DNA of 64,000 bases from Antedon mediterranea. Taxonomy: Eukaryota > Animalia > Echinodermata. Positions 1 to 14,300 of the stretch are shown in pieces. Numbering within the stretch: the stretch's first letter is position 1; each line of letters opens with the position of its first letter. A program made the position numbers and the translations under genes. The stretch is taken from contig NC_092679.1 of the NCBI RefSeq assembly GCF_964355755.1, positions 8,090,201 through 8,154,200 on the forward strand, in the 5' to 3' direction. The notes beneath the pieces are model-generated. The model saw nothing but the letters and a program-made list of their open reading frames with translations, did not search any database and had not been told where the DNA came from.

Positions 1-456
1 ATGAATGAAATCTATCATAAAAGGTATGAAGAACAAAAATCAATTGCAAAAACGGCCTTTCTATGCCATGTACACGCTATGTGCATGCATGCGTATGCGC
101 AAGGCCAAAAAAAATAGAAAATTATGAAATGCTCAAAATGTCCTGAAATGTATAGAAAGTTGATTCTTGATATGAATTTAATTTTCACCAAGTGTCAATT
201 CAAAATTACTTCTGGTTTTTAATCTATGATAAATCATTTAAATTCATAAAATCGTGCGCAACTCTGACGTTTTTCAAAAATAGGAGGTGCACAACTTCAC
301 CTAAATGTCAATATGTTAAAGTTACGAAATGTTATGTTTTCGCATTTTAAAGAAACGCGACGGGTGGAAAGAAAGACGAATAATACAGAAAAAAACAATT
401 TGATGATGATCTCATACAATTACAAGGAGTTATCCGTCAAGGTGCGGATAACTAAT
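1..456. mobile_element. End of a Helentron/HINE-like non-autonomous element in a UBXN1 intron
   Basis: Terminal hairpin AGTTATCCG-tcaaggtg-CGGATAACT (428-453) followed by AATT. The internal GCATGCATGCGTATGCGC stretch resembles the element at 35576-36233. Confidence 0.4.
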
Positions 457-520
457 TAAGCTTGACACTAATTTTAACGACACAAGGCACTGAGAAAAGC
501 TAAGTTTTTTTTACCTATAG

Positions 521-934
521 ATACGTCTAACAGATGGCAGCACACTGACAAATTCATTTGAAGCTAAAGAACCTTTAGCTGCTGTAAGAGTTTATATTGA
601 AGTTAACAGGAAAGATAGCAAAGCACCCTTTTCATTAATGACACCATTTCCAAGAAAAGTATTTACTGATGAGGATATGACTAAACCTTTACATCAACTA
701 GGTAAGATGTGGAAGCGGCACTAACTTATGTCTTCTTTTCACAATTTTTCTGGTTGTTATGGATGATTTCGTGGATTACCCAAATCACCAAAATGAAATC
801 CTGTAGGTGATTTTCTGCTAAAAAATAACCACTTTAAATAATTCAATAAATGACTAATATGCACTCACTTTTTTTATTTTAATATAGGTCTTGTTCCAAG
901 TGCTGTGCTGACATTAACTAAGCCACAGTTATGA
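521..934 (+). CDS. UBXN1: UBX domain-containing protein 1 (SAKS1), last two coding exons
   Basis: Exons 521-701 and 888-934 (GT-AG, phase 1) give IRLTDGSTLTNSFEAKEPLAAVRVYIEVNR...[36 protein letters not shown]. This is a UBX domain with the FPR loop and the GLVPSA end typical of UBXN1. Confidence 0.9.
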
Positions 935-1039
935 TGTTGATGAACAACAACAGTCACTACTTTAATTTTGATATAGGTCTTGTTCCAAGTGCTGTGCTGA
1001 CATTAACTAAGCCACAGTTATGATGTTGATGAACAACAA
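882..1039 (+). repeat. Tandem duplication (89-bp period) of the UBXN1 terminal coding exon with its acceptor
   Basis: ATATAG|GTCTTGTTCC...TTATGATGTTGATGAACAACAA occurs twice. The coding parts 888-934 and 977-1023 are identical. Confidence 0.95.
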
Positions 1040-1747
1040 AAATATTACTGTGAAAATCATAATCTAATATTTAAATGTATTCCACAAAGACTAAATATAT
1101 AATGTTCATGATGATTCACTGATAATAAGCAAAGTTAGATACATTTGTATTTTCTTCTAGTAACTGTTTATGAATAATTGTTTTTTAAAGAAAATATTAA
1201 TGACATCGATAACAATTCTGTTTTGTTTATTTTATTGAAAATGATTATTAAAGTAATTTATATGGAGACATTTTATGTATCCTCTGTTCCAAGCAGGCAG
1301 GCAACAATTTGTTGACTAGGTTGTGCCCACAGATGGTTCTCGTCAGTCATGTCAGCATTAAAAAAAACTGGCGATTTCAAATGTCATGTCATTTACAGGA
1401 AAAAATAGACACGGTGATTCGTATGTAGTCAAAAAAAAACCTATAGAACGTTTTAACCAACTTTATATACCATGGAGTAAAAATTCTATAACGCGCGATT
1501 TACCGAATTTTGCCCTTACGTAAATTTTTATGTAGATGTAATAACCTTCTAGGCCGACAAAAATAAAATATACCTTTGCATTTATTTTTTTTTATTTTTC
1601 TCCTTATGAAATAATATATACATATGTATTGCAACTGCAAAATTTGGCCTCAAAACTTTACTTGATCCAAAAGTATTGTTTATTGTTATCTGATTTTATT
1701 CATTGAAGGGTTTTAATAATATAGTAATGAGCCATGAGTAAAGATCG

Positions 1748-4700
1748 TCAATTATGGTACATCTTTAATATACAGCTGGTTAAGGTATCCATGTATCGTT
1801 CTTGCACTGGTTGCAACCTTTGCTGTCTACACAAAAAGAAAACATTATGTCACAATTTACAAAGAATCTGTTGGCACAAACTTGATTAATGTTTACTTAC
1901 TATTTAATGCATACATATTGTCTCATATTTACCTTCGAAAGCTGTCCAAAAATTTACAGTTGTTATTGTATGCATTTAAAAATGCTGCCATATCTTTAGC
2001 TGACCAACCATCTTGCTTGCATGATTCAATTATCTAAATAAAACATGTAACAGTGAATGATATATACAGTGGATCACATTATACTGTAATACATTTTAAT
2101 TAATAGTACACATCCATGATCTCTCAAAATTACCAGAATTATACGGTGTATGTTATCGGTCGCGTACCAGCTCTTGGGAGGGTATCTACCAGCTTACCTT
2201 TTCAACAACATCTAAAAAGAAATCCCGGAGGTCTTTTGAGTGGATCATATTACTGCCAATATTTATGATTCCTTTAGTTAAATTCTGAGAATGAAAAATA
2301 CAAATAATTTTAATCACAGGCAAGTTACATTGTACTTTGGCAATGGTATTTGTTGTATTTTGTACTTAGCACAATAAAACAGTTGATAAATATGTATTCT
2401 TGTTACCAGTTATTACTTACCCTGAACTCTGCATATGTATTCTTGTTACCAGTTATTACTTACCCTGAACTCTGCATATGTATTCTTGTTACCAGTTATT
2501 ACTTACCCTGAACTCTGCATATGTATTCTTGTTACCAGTTATTAATTACCCTGAACTCTGCATATGTATTCTTGTTACCAGTTATTACTTACCCTGAACT
2601 CTGCATATGTATTCTTGTTACCAGTTATTACTTACCCTGAACTCTGCATATGTATTCTTGTTACCAGTTATTACTTACCCTGAACTCTGCATATGTATTC
2701 TTGTTACCAGTTATTACTTACCCTGAACTCTGCATATGTATTCTTGTTACCAGTTATTACTTACCCTGAACTCTGCATATGTATTCTTGTTACCAGTTAT
2801 TACTTACCCTGAACTCGGCATCTACTTGTGAAAGCACTAAATCTGAAACTTTTCCTTTTAGAGTTTCACGAACAAGGCTGCAAAAATAAACATTGTAAAT
2901 GAAAATGTAGTACAAGAATTTTCAGCATGGAAATATTAGTAAAAACAATGCTACAAATGTTAACTATACCCTTTGTGTTGTTCACTACATTCTTTTTCTC
3001 CCAATATTTTTAGTTCTCGCAGGTCTTGAAGGAAATTACGATCAAAGTCAGCATCTAAATCCTCCTTAGCTAGTGAACCTGCAAAATGTTTGAAATGAAA
3101 TGATTAAACTACAGCAATACTAAGTAACAAAATAACTTTCTGCTTATATTTAAAATACTATTAAAATTTGTCCATGATCTACTGTTTATATTCTGGTAGT
3201 AATTAGCTTGCTTACTTACTTGCCGATCCTACAGTCCAATTGTTCATCATTTTATCTGCACAGTACACAAAGTCATCAAATGTGACGAATGCCAAGCGTT
3301 TTTTTCCAGTTTCAAACCGGTTATTTGCAAAAAACACAATTGCAGCATATTTCCTATTGAAGAGAATTTTTTTAAGTTTTGGTGGACAGAAAGTTTTAAG
3401 AGCAAGTAAAATTAACAATGTTTACATTGTTTGACAGGACATGATAAGAGTGAAAGCCAATTCTTTATTCTTACTTACTTTGCTAATTCCTTTGAGAGAA
3501 GGAAGTTATCTGTGATATTTTTTACCATTGATCCCTGCATATCTTCAACAGCTTTAAATACTCGCTTAAAATTATCATACTGTAATTAATAATAAATACA
3601 AATATTCAATGTTGCTAATTAGAGTATGTTAGCAGTGAGCAGAGAATTGTCAATTGTTATTTGGGCTTGAGGTACGACGAGCTTGTAATAAATAACTGTA
3701 CCTGTCTACGGCAACTTTTAAGAGTAACATCTGTCTTTTCACTGACTTCATCTAAATCTTTGCGATGTCTACTTGAGAGTTTCTTACCTAGAATCTCTCT
3801 AGCAACAGAAGAATTCAAACTGTAATACCTAGTAACAAATAAATGGAAAAAAAAACCTTGTTATTGATAATCAATCGACTCGCCCAATACCTATCTCAAA
3901 GGAAACTCCAAAACTACTTTTTTTGAGTGGTCTGATGTAAACCAACTTTGCATGCTGTTGGGAATTCTTGCTTTTTAGGAAGATTTAATTTGAATTTATG
4001 GCACAAGAAATATTGTACTGTATACTAACTCCTGAATTAAAAATTCTTGCGTCTTGTGTGGTATTTGAAACATTACTTGATGCGAAAGTGATAGTGGATT
4101 CCGTAGGTACTTTTCAATTGCCATAAAATTACGGTAGTTGTCCTCAATATCACTGATTATATATTGCAATTTAACATTCACAAACTTTCCGGATGTAAGT
4201 CTTGAGGCTTCTGTCACTGAAAGTGAATGAGTGATAAAAATTTTGGTTACTATTTGTCTACTACTTAGTCTAGGCCCATACTTCATTTCAAGTAAACGAA
4301 GACAAGTTTTCACCCAATTCAAACAAATCAAGCAATGTTGTTGATGCATGAAGTAAAGAATATCTCTTTACTCCGTGGATGATGTAAAAGTGTGACAACA
4401 AGGCACCTCCCCTTCAATTCCATCCCATTCATTGTTTTGTATTGTGTAGTTTCAGTCTACCCAGACTTTGAAGATTAGAAGCCATTTTTGTGTCAAAGAA
4501 TTCGCACGCTGCTGAGGAAAAGGAGCTGTTTTGAAAGGAAAAGGTAATTTAACGGTGGCTAAATCATGTGAACAAAATTGTATGATGTGGGTGTAAGAAA
4601 AGAATTTAGAAATCGACGATAACAGTGTATGGTGCGAAACTGCAGTAGCGCCCTCTCGCGATCGCCTACCTACCAAAGATTTCCTCTCCCGGTCCCTCTC

Positions 4701-4902
4701 TATCTCCACCACACTGCCACTCCCCGTGTGTCGCACCGTCTACGTTAAATATATACATAGTCTAAGGCCTAACCCCAGGCCTATATAGCTAACCTACCTA
4801 CTGCAGGTACTTACCTGCTTTCCCTTCTAGCCATAACCGAAATACATCTTTGTCAATTAATGTCATATTACCCACGAATACTAGAACTTCTGAATCCACC
4901 AT
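1748..4902 (-). CDS. FIBP: Acidic FGF intracellular-binding protein, about 360 aa, 10 exons
   Basis: Exons 4902-4815, 4216-4030, 3828-3702, 3579-3479, 3353-3220, 3078-2970, 2877-2808, 2284-2198, 2033-1933, 1826-1748, all GT-AG with chaining phases (1083 nt). Motifs [26 protein letters not shown] and [19 protein letters not shown] match FIBP. Confidence 0.95.
2391..2820. repeat. 43-bp minisatellite x10 spanning the FIBP exon 7 donor site
   Basis: Unit TATGTATTCTTGTTACCAGTTATTACTTACCCTGAACTCTGCA with near-identical copies. On the minus strand each copy reads ...TTCAGG|GTAAGT. Confidence 0.97.
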
Positions 4903-5311
4903 TTTACTCCTTCTGTTTTATACGGGTGCATTCAAGCGTGACTTGCCAAACGCTTATGGAACGTCAATTGTGCATAAAACTATCCGTCGACAAGAAAATA
5001 CTTGGAAGATGAAAGAAAACAAACGCACACATCCAGCTGCAGAATATTTATTTAATTAATTTCTTTGTTGTTACAGTTAAAGCATTACTCATTTAAATTA
5101 ATATAATTTTATAGGTGTATAATAATATGATGTGTAGGTGTATATTGTATGTTTTATTGTTATATTATATTCTTTACATTTTTCAAAAATAATACATTTT
5201 ATTTTCTTAAAATTCATAATCAAAACGTAATAGATGCAAGCACAACTACAATACAACAATGAATAGTGCCCTTTGAGAGGACGCACACAATAATATTTAT
5301 ATTTTGCAAAA

Positions 5312-8300
5312 CTATAATTTTGACAAATCTGGATTGCTGCTGCCTTCCACACCCATGATGTAAGACGGTTTAAAAAAGGGATCGTTAATTGCTGGGCGGT
5401 TCATAGTAAATTTCTTTATGTTAAATTCGGTCGCCTCCTTCATAGCAAGATCACTTAGTACTTGACCTATAACACTGGCAAACCTGAAAAATATTCACAG
5501 TTATAATTGTAATGATGCTCGCACAATTCGTAAAGTTTGAAAATTCGACGTCACACAGTCAAGGATTGATAATGACCACCACCGTCATGAGCTATATATC
5601 CAATACCAAATTGGCGAGTAAATCATGTTTTACTTTAAATTAAATTTATACGCTCTTCCACAAGGTCAATTGTTAGTTATACATACAGACTATATTAAAA
5701 CAATGATTTTGAACACGTAGGGCATTTCTTTGAATTCTTTCCTATTGTCGTTTTGTGGTAATTTACAGCTTTTTATATGTTTAACAAACGTACATAATCA
5801 ATTGCGTCTGCATCATGCTAGACTACAACTTCCGGTAGTGACGTAATCAGCATATTTTTGGTAATAAAACTTTTTCACTAAGCTAGGGAATCTTCTGATA
5901 TCAATATTCATTAGACCGTACTTTAGTTAGCCAATCAAAATAAATGTATAAACAATTTTGCGGCGATGTTACATGTTGTTGAGGTAAAATATACTGTGTT
6001 TTACAATAACCAATTTGGTTAGAGTAAAACACAATGATAAAGAATAGGAAACATTTAATAATATGATAAATGACATTTACATAGCAATTTATCACTGTGT
6101 TTTACTATAACCAATTTGGTTAGAGTAAAACACAATGATAAAGAATAGGAAACGTTTAATAATAATATGATAAATGTCATTACATAGCAATTTATCACTG
6201 TGTTTTACTATAACCAATTTGGTTAGAGTAAAACACAATGATATAGAATAGGAAACATTTAATAATATGATAAATGACATTTACATAGCAATTTAGCACT
6301 GTGTTTTACTATAAACAATTTGGTTAAAGTAAAGCAGAATGATAAAGAATAGGAATTTAATAATATGATATATGACATTTACATAGCAATTTAGCACTGT
6401 GTTTTACTATAACCAATTTGGTTAGAGTAAAACACAATGATAAAGAATAGGAAACATTTAATAATATGATATATGACATTCACATAGCAATTTAGCACTG
6501 TGTTTTACTATAACCAATTTGGTTAGAGTAAAACACAATGATATAGAATAGGAAACATTTAATAATTTGATAAATGACATTTACATAGCAATTTAGCACT
6601 GTGTTTTATTATAACCAATTTGGTTAAAGTAAAACACAATGATAAAGAATAGGAAACATTTAATAATATGATAAATGACATTTACATAGCAATTTAGCAC
6701 TGTGTTTTACTATAACCAATTTGGTTAAAGTAAAGCAGAATGATAAAGAATAGGAATTTAATAATATGATATATGACATTTACATAGCAATTTAGCACTG
6801 TGTTTTACTATAACCAATTTGATTAAAGTAAAACACAATGATATAGAATAGGAAACATTTAATAATATGATAAATGACATTTACATAGCAATTTATCACT
6901 GTGTTTTACTATAACCAATTTGGTTATGGTAAAGCACAATGATATAGAATAGGAAACATTTAATAATATGATAAATGACATTTACATAGCAATTTAGCAC
7001 TGTGTTTTACTATAACCAATTTGGTTATGGTAAAGCACAATGATATAGAATAGGAAACATTTAATAATATGATAAATGACATTTACATAGCAATTTAGCA
7101 CTGTTTTTTACTATAACCAATTTGGTTAAAGTAAAACATAATGATAAAGAATAGGAAACATTTAATAATTTGATAAATGACATTCACATAGCAATTTAGC
7201 ACTGTGTTTTACTATAACCAATTTGGTTATGGTAAAGCACAATGATATAGAATAGGAAACATTTAATAATATGATAAATGACATTTACATAGCAATTTAG
7301 CACTGTTTTTTACTATAACCAATTTGGTTAAAGTAAAACACAATGATAAAGGATATGAAACATTTAATAATTTGATAAATGACATTCACATAGCAATTTA
7401 GCACTGTGTTTTACTATAACCAATTTGGTTATGGTAAAGCACAATGATATAGAATAGGAAACATTTAATAATATGATAAATGACATTTACATAGCAATTT
7501 AGCACTGTGTTTTACTATAACCAATTCGGTTATAGTAAAGCACAATGATATAGAATAGGAAACATTTAATAATAATGATTATTTACATAGCAATTTATCA
7601 CTGTGTTTTACTATAACCAATTTGATTATGGTAAAACACAATGATAAAGAATAGGAAACATTTAATAATAATGATTATTTACATAGCTAGCAATTTAGCA
7701 CAATGTTTTACTATAACCAATTTGATTAGAGTAAAACACAATGATATAGAATAGGAACATTTAATAACATGATAAATGACATTCACATAGAAATTTAGCA
7801 CTGTGTTTTATACTATAACCAATTTGATTAGAGTAAAGCACAATGATAAAGAATAGGAAACATTTAATAATATGATAAATGACATTTACATAGTAATTTA
7901 TCACTGTGTTTTACTATAACCAATTTGGTTAGAGTAAAACATTTTAACTATGATAAATGATATTTAGCACTGTGCTGGATACAGTAAAACACAAATAAAG
8001 AATAGGAAACATATAATAATATGATACATTTACATACAAATTTAGTATTGTGTTTTACTATAGCCAATTTGGTTACAGTAAAACACAATGATATGAAACA
8101 TTTATTATATGATGTTATTTACATAGCAAAATATTATATTAAACATATCTTATTATCTAAACGTTATGATAAAGAATAGGATACATATAATGTAATAATA
8201 AAATACAAGTTACATAGTTTATCATCTTATTTTACAGAACCAATTTGGTGACACAGTTAAACACAGTGATAAAAGATACTGTTTTAGGTTATATAACCCT

Positions 8301-11300
8301 AACCCTAGTTTGAAGCGACATAATAAATTCATCGCGAAAAAGTACGTATCGTATTCAGAAACTTTTGAAATTTGTTAGATATGTTTAATAGGTTCTTACG
8401 TCTATAAAACAAACAAAAAATATAAATTTCACGAAAAATTCGTGATTTTAATAATTTGCATTTCTAAAAATGTACACTTATGAAATACCATACATTTTCC
8501 AACACATTTTTACTTCATTGATGATTCCCAGAAATCAAAATAAAACAAATTATGATATTTCTTTTACATTATAGATGTAAGAACCTATATTGAACATGTA
8601 CCAAATTTCAAACGTTTTTTAAGACGATACGTATTTTTATCGATGAATTAAGTATGTGATCGCTTCAAACTAGGGTTAGGGTTAAATAACCTAACAATTC
8701 AATTCTTTAACACTGTGTTTAACTTTTAACCAAATTGGTTTTAGTACAACACAATGATAAACTATGTACATTTTATTTTTCATATTACATTATAGGATAC
8801 ATATAATGTAATAATAATAAATACAAGTTACATAGTTTATCATCTTGTTTTACAGAACCAATTTGGTTACACAGTTAAACACAGTGATAAAGAATAGACA
8901 CTGTTTTAGGTTATATAACTCTAACCCTAGTTTGAAGCGATCACATACTTAATTCATCGCGAAAAAATACGTATCGTATTCAGAAACATTTGAAATTTGG
9001 TAAATATGTTCAATAGGTTCTTACGTCTATAAAACAAACAAAAAATAAAAGTTTCAAGACAAATTCGTGATTTTAATAATTTGCATTTCTAAACATTTAC
9101 ACTTATGAAAGACAGTACATTTCCAACACATTTTTACTTCATTGATGATTCCCAGAAATCAAAATAAAACTATTAGGATATTTCTTTTGCATTATAGATG
9201 TAAGAACCTATATTGAACATATCTACCAAATATCAAACGTTTTTCAAGACGATACGTATTTTTAGCGATGAATATTAAATATATGATCGCTTCAAACTAG
9301 GGTTAGGGTTAAATAAACTAAAACAGTTCTATTCTTTATCACTCACTGCAGTGTTTAACTTTTAACCAAAATGGTTATAGTAAAACACAATGATAAACTT
9401 ATATGTAAATTTTATTTTTCATAACATAAAATGTTTGATATTCTTTATAATATTTAATATTATATTTTAGGCCTACTATTAATGACGTATAAATGCACAC
9501 TACATCTGAAATAACTTTCTACTTCATTGGCGATTCTTACCAAAAAAAAGAACTAATTTTGTTATGTATATAGAGCAACCTATTATAACATGTCTTGTAT
9601 GATTTTTATCTCGTTTCAATGACATTTTATACTACAATTCAAATGAAAAAGCATCACAAAAAATACGTCTGGTATTCAAAAAGTTTCTAAACTCGGTACA
9701 CAGAAAAAACGAATATGTTGAAAATGTATGGTCTTTCATAAGTGTGAATTTTTAGAAATGCAAATAATGGAAGTCATCGATTTGTCTTGAAATTTATAAT
9801 TTGTTTTGTCTTATTGAACATATCTATACAAAATGTCAAACGTTTCTGAATACGATACGTTTTTTTTCTCGATGAATTTATAATGTCGCTTCAAACTAGA
9901 GGGTAGGGTAGTAACCTAACAAGTATCTATTCTTTATCACTATGTTTAACTGTGTAATCATATTGGTTCTAATAAAAAACAATGATAAACTATGTAAATT
10001 GTATGTTTCATATATTACATTTTGGCCAAAAAAAATTATTGGGAATGTCAAATTTCTTTTTCATGACATATATCTACAAATTTCAGAAGCTTTTGAATAC
10101 GAGTATTTTACGCGATGTTTTTTTATCCTCATTTTAATATTTTGGTAATGTAATTCACATGCATAAAGTTTTGTATCCAAAAATTGTTTATTCTTGGGTA
10201 GAAATGAGGAAATAAATAGTATTCCTGTATAATATAATAATCAATAATAAAGTATAAAAAAAAGTGTTGTGTAAACGAACGTTTTTTACGCTTCGAATTT
10301 TCTGTTACATTATGTTTGAATTGAAGCTACAGATATTGAATCATGGACCTATAAATTAGTAATTTATAGGTCCATGATTGAACATATCGTCACTCACCAC
10401 ACATTTTTTGTTTTGTATTTCGAAAGTATTTATTCTAAAGAACAATTGATGCAAACATTAATTATAATTTGGCGATTATTCGTCACACGAAGCGTCGAAT
10501 ATCGATTCGTCTCGTCATGGGAAGAAAACGTGCATTGCGCACACTGTTTACGCGCCTCAACAATAAACGGCGAATATGCGATTCGTCACTAATTATGGAA
10601 CGCCGTTTTACACAAGTTTTTGGCGATGATAAAAATTGCGTCGATGATGAAATTGCGTCGATGAAAATTGCATCGACGCAATGTAGATTGCGTCGACGCA
10701 ATTTACGTTGCGTCGATGAAAATTGCATCGATGAAAATTGCGTCGATGAAAATTGCGTCGATGAAAACTGCATCGATGAAAATTGCGTCGATGAAAACTG
10801 CATCGATGAAAATTGATGTGATGAATTTAATTGATTATGAAAATTCCGGGGAAAATTCCAAATGGTTTTAATTCAATCAATGATGAAAATGACTACTAGT
10901 AAAGTAAATGATGATGTTAATAATGATGTTAATAATGTTATTATGTTGCTAAAAATTGACAGTTTCTGAATATTTTGATATGATAAACATGTTTACCGCT
11001 TGCGCTAGCGCGCGCGTTATAGACAAGCGCACAGTGAGCGCGCACTAAAACAATGTTGAAATATATGCACTGATTAACATTTTAGTGATTTATTGTCAAC
11101 ACATTTTAGCAATGGATCCATTATTGTCCTTTCGGACACATTATATCTTCTAGCTAATTGCTTCCGTTAATCCACCAGTTCAGTACATAAAATTCAGATG
11201 TCCAGCATCCATGACATCATATTCAAATCATACCGGCAGGGAGATCGCAATTTTCATCGATGCAGTTTTCATCGAGGCAGTTTTCATCGACGCAATTTTC

Positions 11301-14300
11301 ATCGACGCAATTTTCATCACATTAACGCAATTTTCATTACATCGACGTAATTTTCATCGACGCAATGTTCATCACATCGACTTAAATTTTCATTACATCA
11401 ATACTATATTCATCGACGCAATTTTCATCACATCGACGCAATTTTCATTGCATCATCGACGCGATTTTATCATCGCCTAAACTGGCATTCCATACTAATT
11501 GCGTGTGATCTGATTGGTGTATTATAAATAAATTCATCGCGATGAATTTTTCAGTAGATGTAATGAGACAGTTCAGTAGATGTAATGACAGTTAATTTAA
11601 TTGTTCTGCTCTTTTTGTACAAATCTATATACTACTTTATATTATGGATTTTGTAGTACTGTTAAAATGATTAAATCTCTGGAAGTGTGTTTTACGAGTA
11701 TGTCCGCAAATTTATGCGTTTACGGTTTTAAAATGTGAGTTTTAAATAGCGAACATGATCTTGTTAGGTGCACTACGCACGCAGTATTCCAAAATGTCTT
11801 ACTAATTGGGAGAAAATCATAATTGTATCATATCATATTATATCCATTCTTTAACTTTATCCAAAACTAAATTGGTATAGTAAAACACAGTGCTAGCAAT
11901 TTATCATATTATTAAATGTTTCATATTCTTTATCATTGTGTTTTACTCTAATCAAATTGGTATAGTAAAACACAGTGCTAAATTGCTATGTGAATGTCAT
12001 TTATCATATTTTTAAATGTTTCCTATTCTTTATCATTGTGTTTAACTCTAACCAAATTGGTTATAGTAAAACACAGTGCTAAATTGCTATGTAAATGTTA
12101 TATATCATATTATTAAATTCCTATTCTTTATCATTGTGTTTTACTCTAACCAAATTGGTTATAGTAAAACACAGTGATAAATTGCTATGTAAATTGTTAT
12201 GTCTAGCTATGGTGCCAGTAAGCAAGATGATACATTTGTTTATCAGTATACACTTCCTATGTTATCAGTTGGTTTACAAATACCACCTGTAACTATACCA
12301 ATTTGTATGAGTCATATAGAAAGTAGAATTGTGAATAAAAGAGTTGTTAAAAAGTAGTCGAAGTGAATACATCTATCTTTGAGTCAGCTTTACAATACTT
12401 TACATTATATTACAATACATTACTACTGTACAAAGGTACTGGGGGTATATAACAAATTGGCGACGAGGATCGGATTTTAAATTCTAAGTGATACAATGGC
12501 TGGAATTTCACCACCAGTACCGTTTCTACCTACTCCAGGCAAATCAACGTTAAAGTTTGAACAATGGTTTGAATTTTTTACAAATTATACTCTTGCGTCT
12601 GGAAGTGACCGATAGAATGCTGAAAGAAGAAAAGCACTATTACTACATTGTCTTGGTACTGAGGGTCAACGTATTTACAGCCTTTTACCAGAAAGAGAAA
12701 TTGATCCAAATGATGATGTTAATTCATATGATGCAACTGTTGCCAAATTGCGGGCACATTTTAACCCAAGATTAAACGTTGTAGCGGAAAGATACACATT
12801 TCGTCAACGTAGACAACTCCAGGATGAAACATCAGATGAGTACGTAAGAGAACTTCGACAATTATCAATTTCATGTAATTTCGGTGTAATAGCTGATGAA
12901 ATGATAAGAGACCAGTTAGTTGAGAAAACTAATTCTTCCCGTATTCGCGAAAGATTACTTCTGGAACCTGAACTTACATTAAATACTGCCATAGAAATTG
13001 CAAGGCAATGTGAACATGCTGCAAAAGAATGCCAAATAATAGGTAAAGCTGAACTACCAGTACCTGTTGAGCAGATACGAAAGAGTAATTACAAACCTAA
13101 ACAACAGCCAGCAAAATACAAATCCAGTGAGTACTGTTTTCGTTGTGGTTCGAAATCGCACAAAGCAAATGATGTCAAATGCAAGGCAAAGAAAGCTAAA
13201 TGCAATAAATGCCGTAAGATAGGGCATTTTGCTAGTGTTTGCAGAAGTGTTGAAATTGAAAATATTGATGAAACCATGTCTGTTAATGTGATGGTTAACA
13301 GAAAATTACGCACTGACGTATTGATAGGTCATTCAGCAAAAGTGAACATGACCATAGATACTGGTTCACCAGTTACAATTCTACCCAAAAGAATCTATAA
13401 TCGATATTTTGTCAACGAAGCTCTACAAAAGGCGTCAATCAAACTGATGACCTACTCCAAGGAACCGATACATGTGCATGGATTTGTGAATTTACCAGTT
13501 ACACTTGCCAGTGAGCCAGAGAATAAAGTGCACGCGAAGATTTACATTGTAGAAAAAGGATCGCCTATTCTCGGGATGGACTTGATTAGCAACCTAAATA
13601 TTAACATTGTGAAAGGACAAATTGCTTACGTCCAAGTTGCTAAAGATACTACTACAATTGATGATGCTGAATACAAGCAAGAACTGAAAAAGAACTATCC
13701 GAGATTGTTCAATGGGAATGTGGGGCTCGCGAAGGATTTCGTACATAAAGTTATGGTCCGCGAACACTGTACACCGAAAATTCAGAAATTACGAAGCTTA
13801 CCATTTACGGTAAGAGACAAAGTTGCTAAAGAACTTGATAGGTTAGAAAGCCAAGGAATTATAGAGAAAATTAATGCAAGTCCTTGGGTAAGTCCTATTG
13901 TTGTAGTAGGTAAAAAATCCGGTGATGTACGTATTTGTATAGATTTAAGAGAAGTTAACAAAGAACTTGTAGTAGACCAATTTCCTTTACCTGATATTTC
14001 AGAATTATTCAATTCATTGCATGGTGCTACTGTATTTTCTACGTTAGATCTTAGATCTGCGTACCATCAATTGACATTACATAAAGAAAGTAGGGATTTA
14101 ACTGCTTTTATTACGCATCAAGGCCTTTACCGTTATAAGAGAGTATGTTTTGGTCTTGCTTCCGCACCATCTGCATTTCAGAAAACAATGAGTTCAATCC
14201 TAAGGAATGCAAAGGGGGTACGTTGCTATCTTGACGATATTGTTGTCTTTGGTAAAGATGAAGATGAACATGAACATGCTATTAATATGGAAAATGTTCT

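Noticed and set aside
4340-4740. ORF 4452-4736 or a snoRNA in FIBP intron 1
   Set aside because: No recognisable protein and no convincing C/D or H/ACA box pair. It could be regulatory, but I cannot support that.
5901-6280. Short ORFs in the satellite (also 12095-12292 and 24700-24906)
   Set aside because: Chance frames in the 101-bp repeat.
2391-8110. 43-bp and 101-bp arrays as CRISPR arrays
   Set aside because: Head-to-tail repeats with no unique spacers, no cas genes and a eukaryotic intronic context.
8296-9310. TTAGGG/CCCTAA as an interstitial telomere
   Set aside because: Only about two units each, embedded in TE arms.
10374-11480. ORFs with DENC/MKIAS/QFSST repeats
   Set aside because: They are translations of the 15-bp tandem repeats in the foldback arms.
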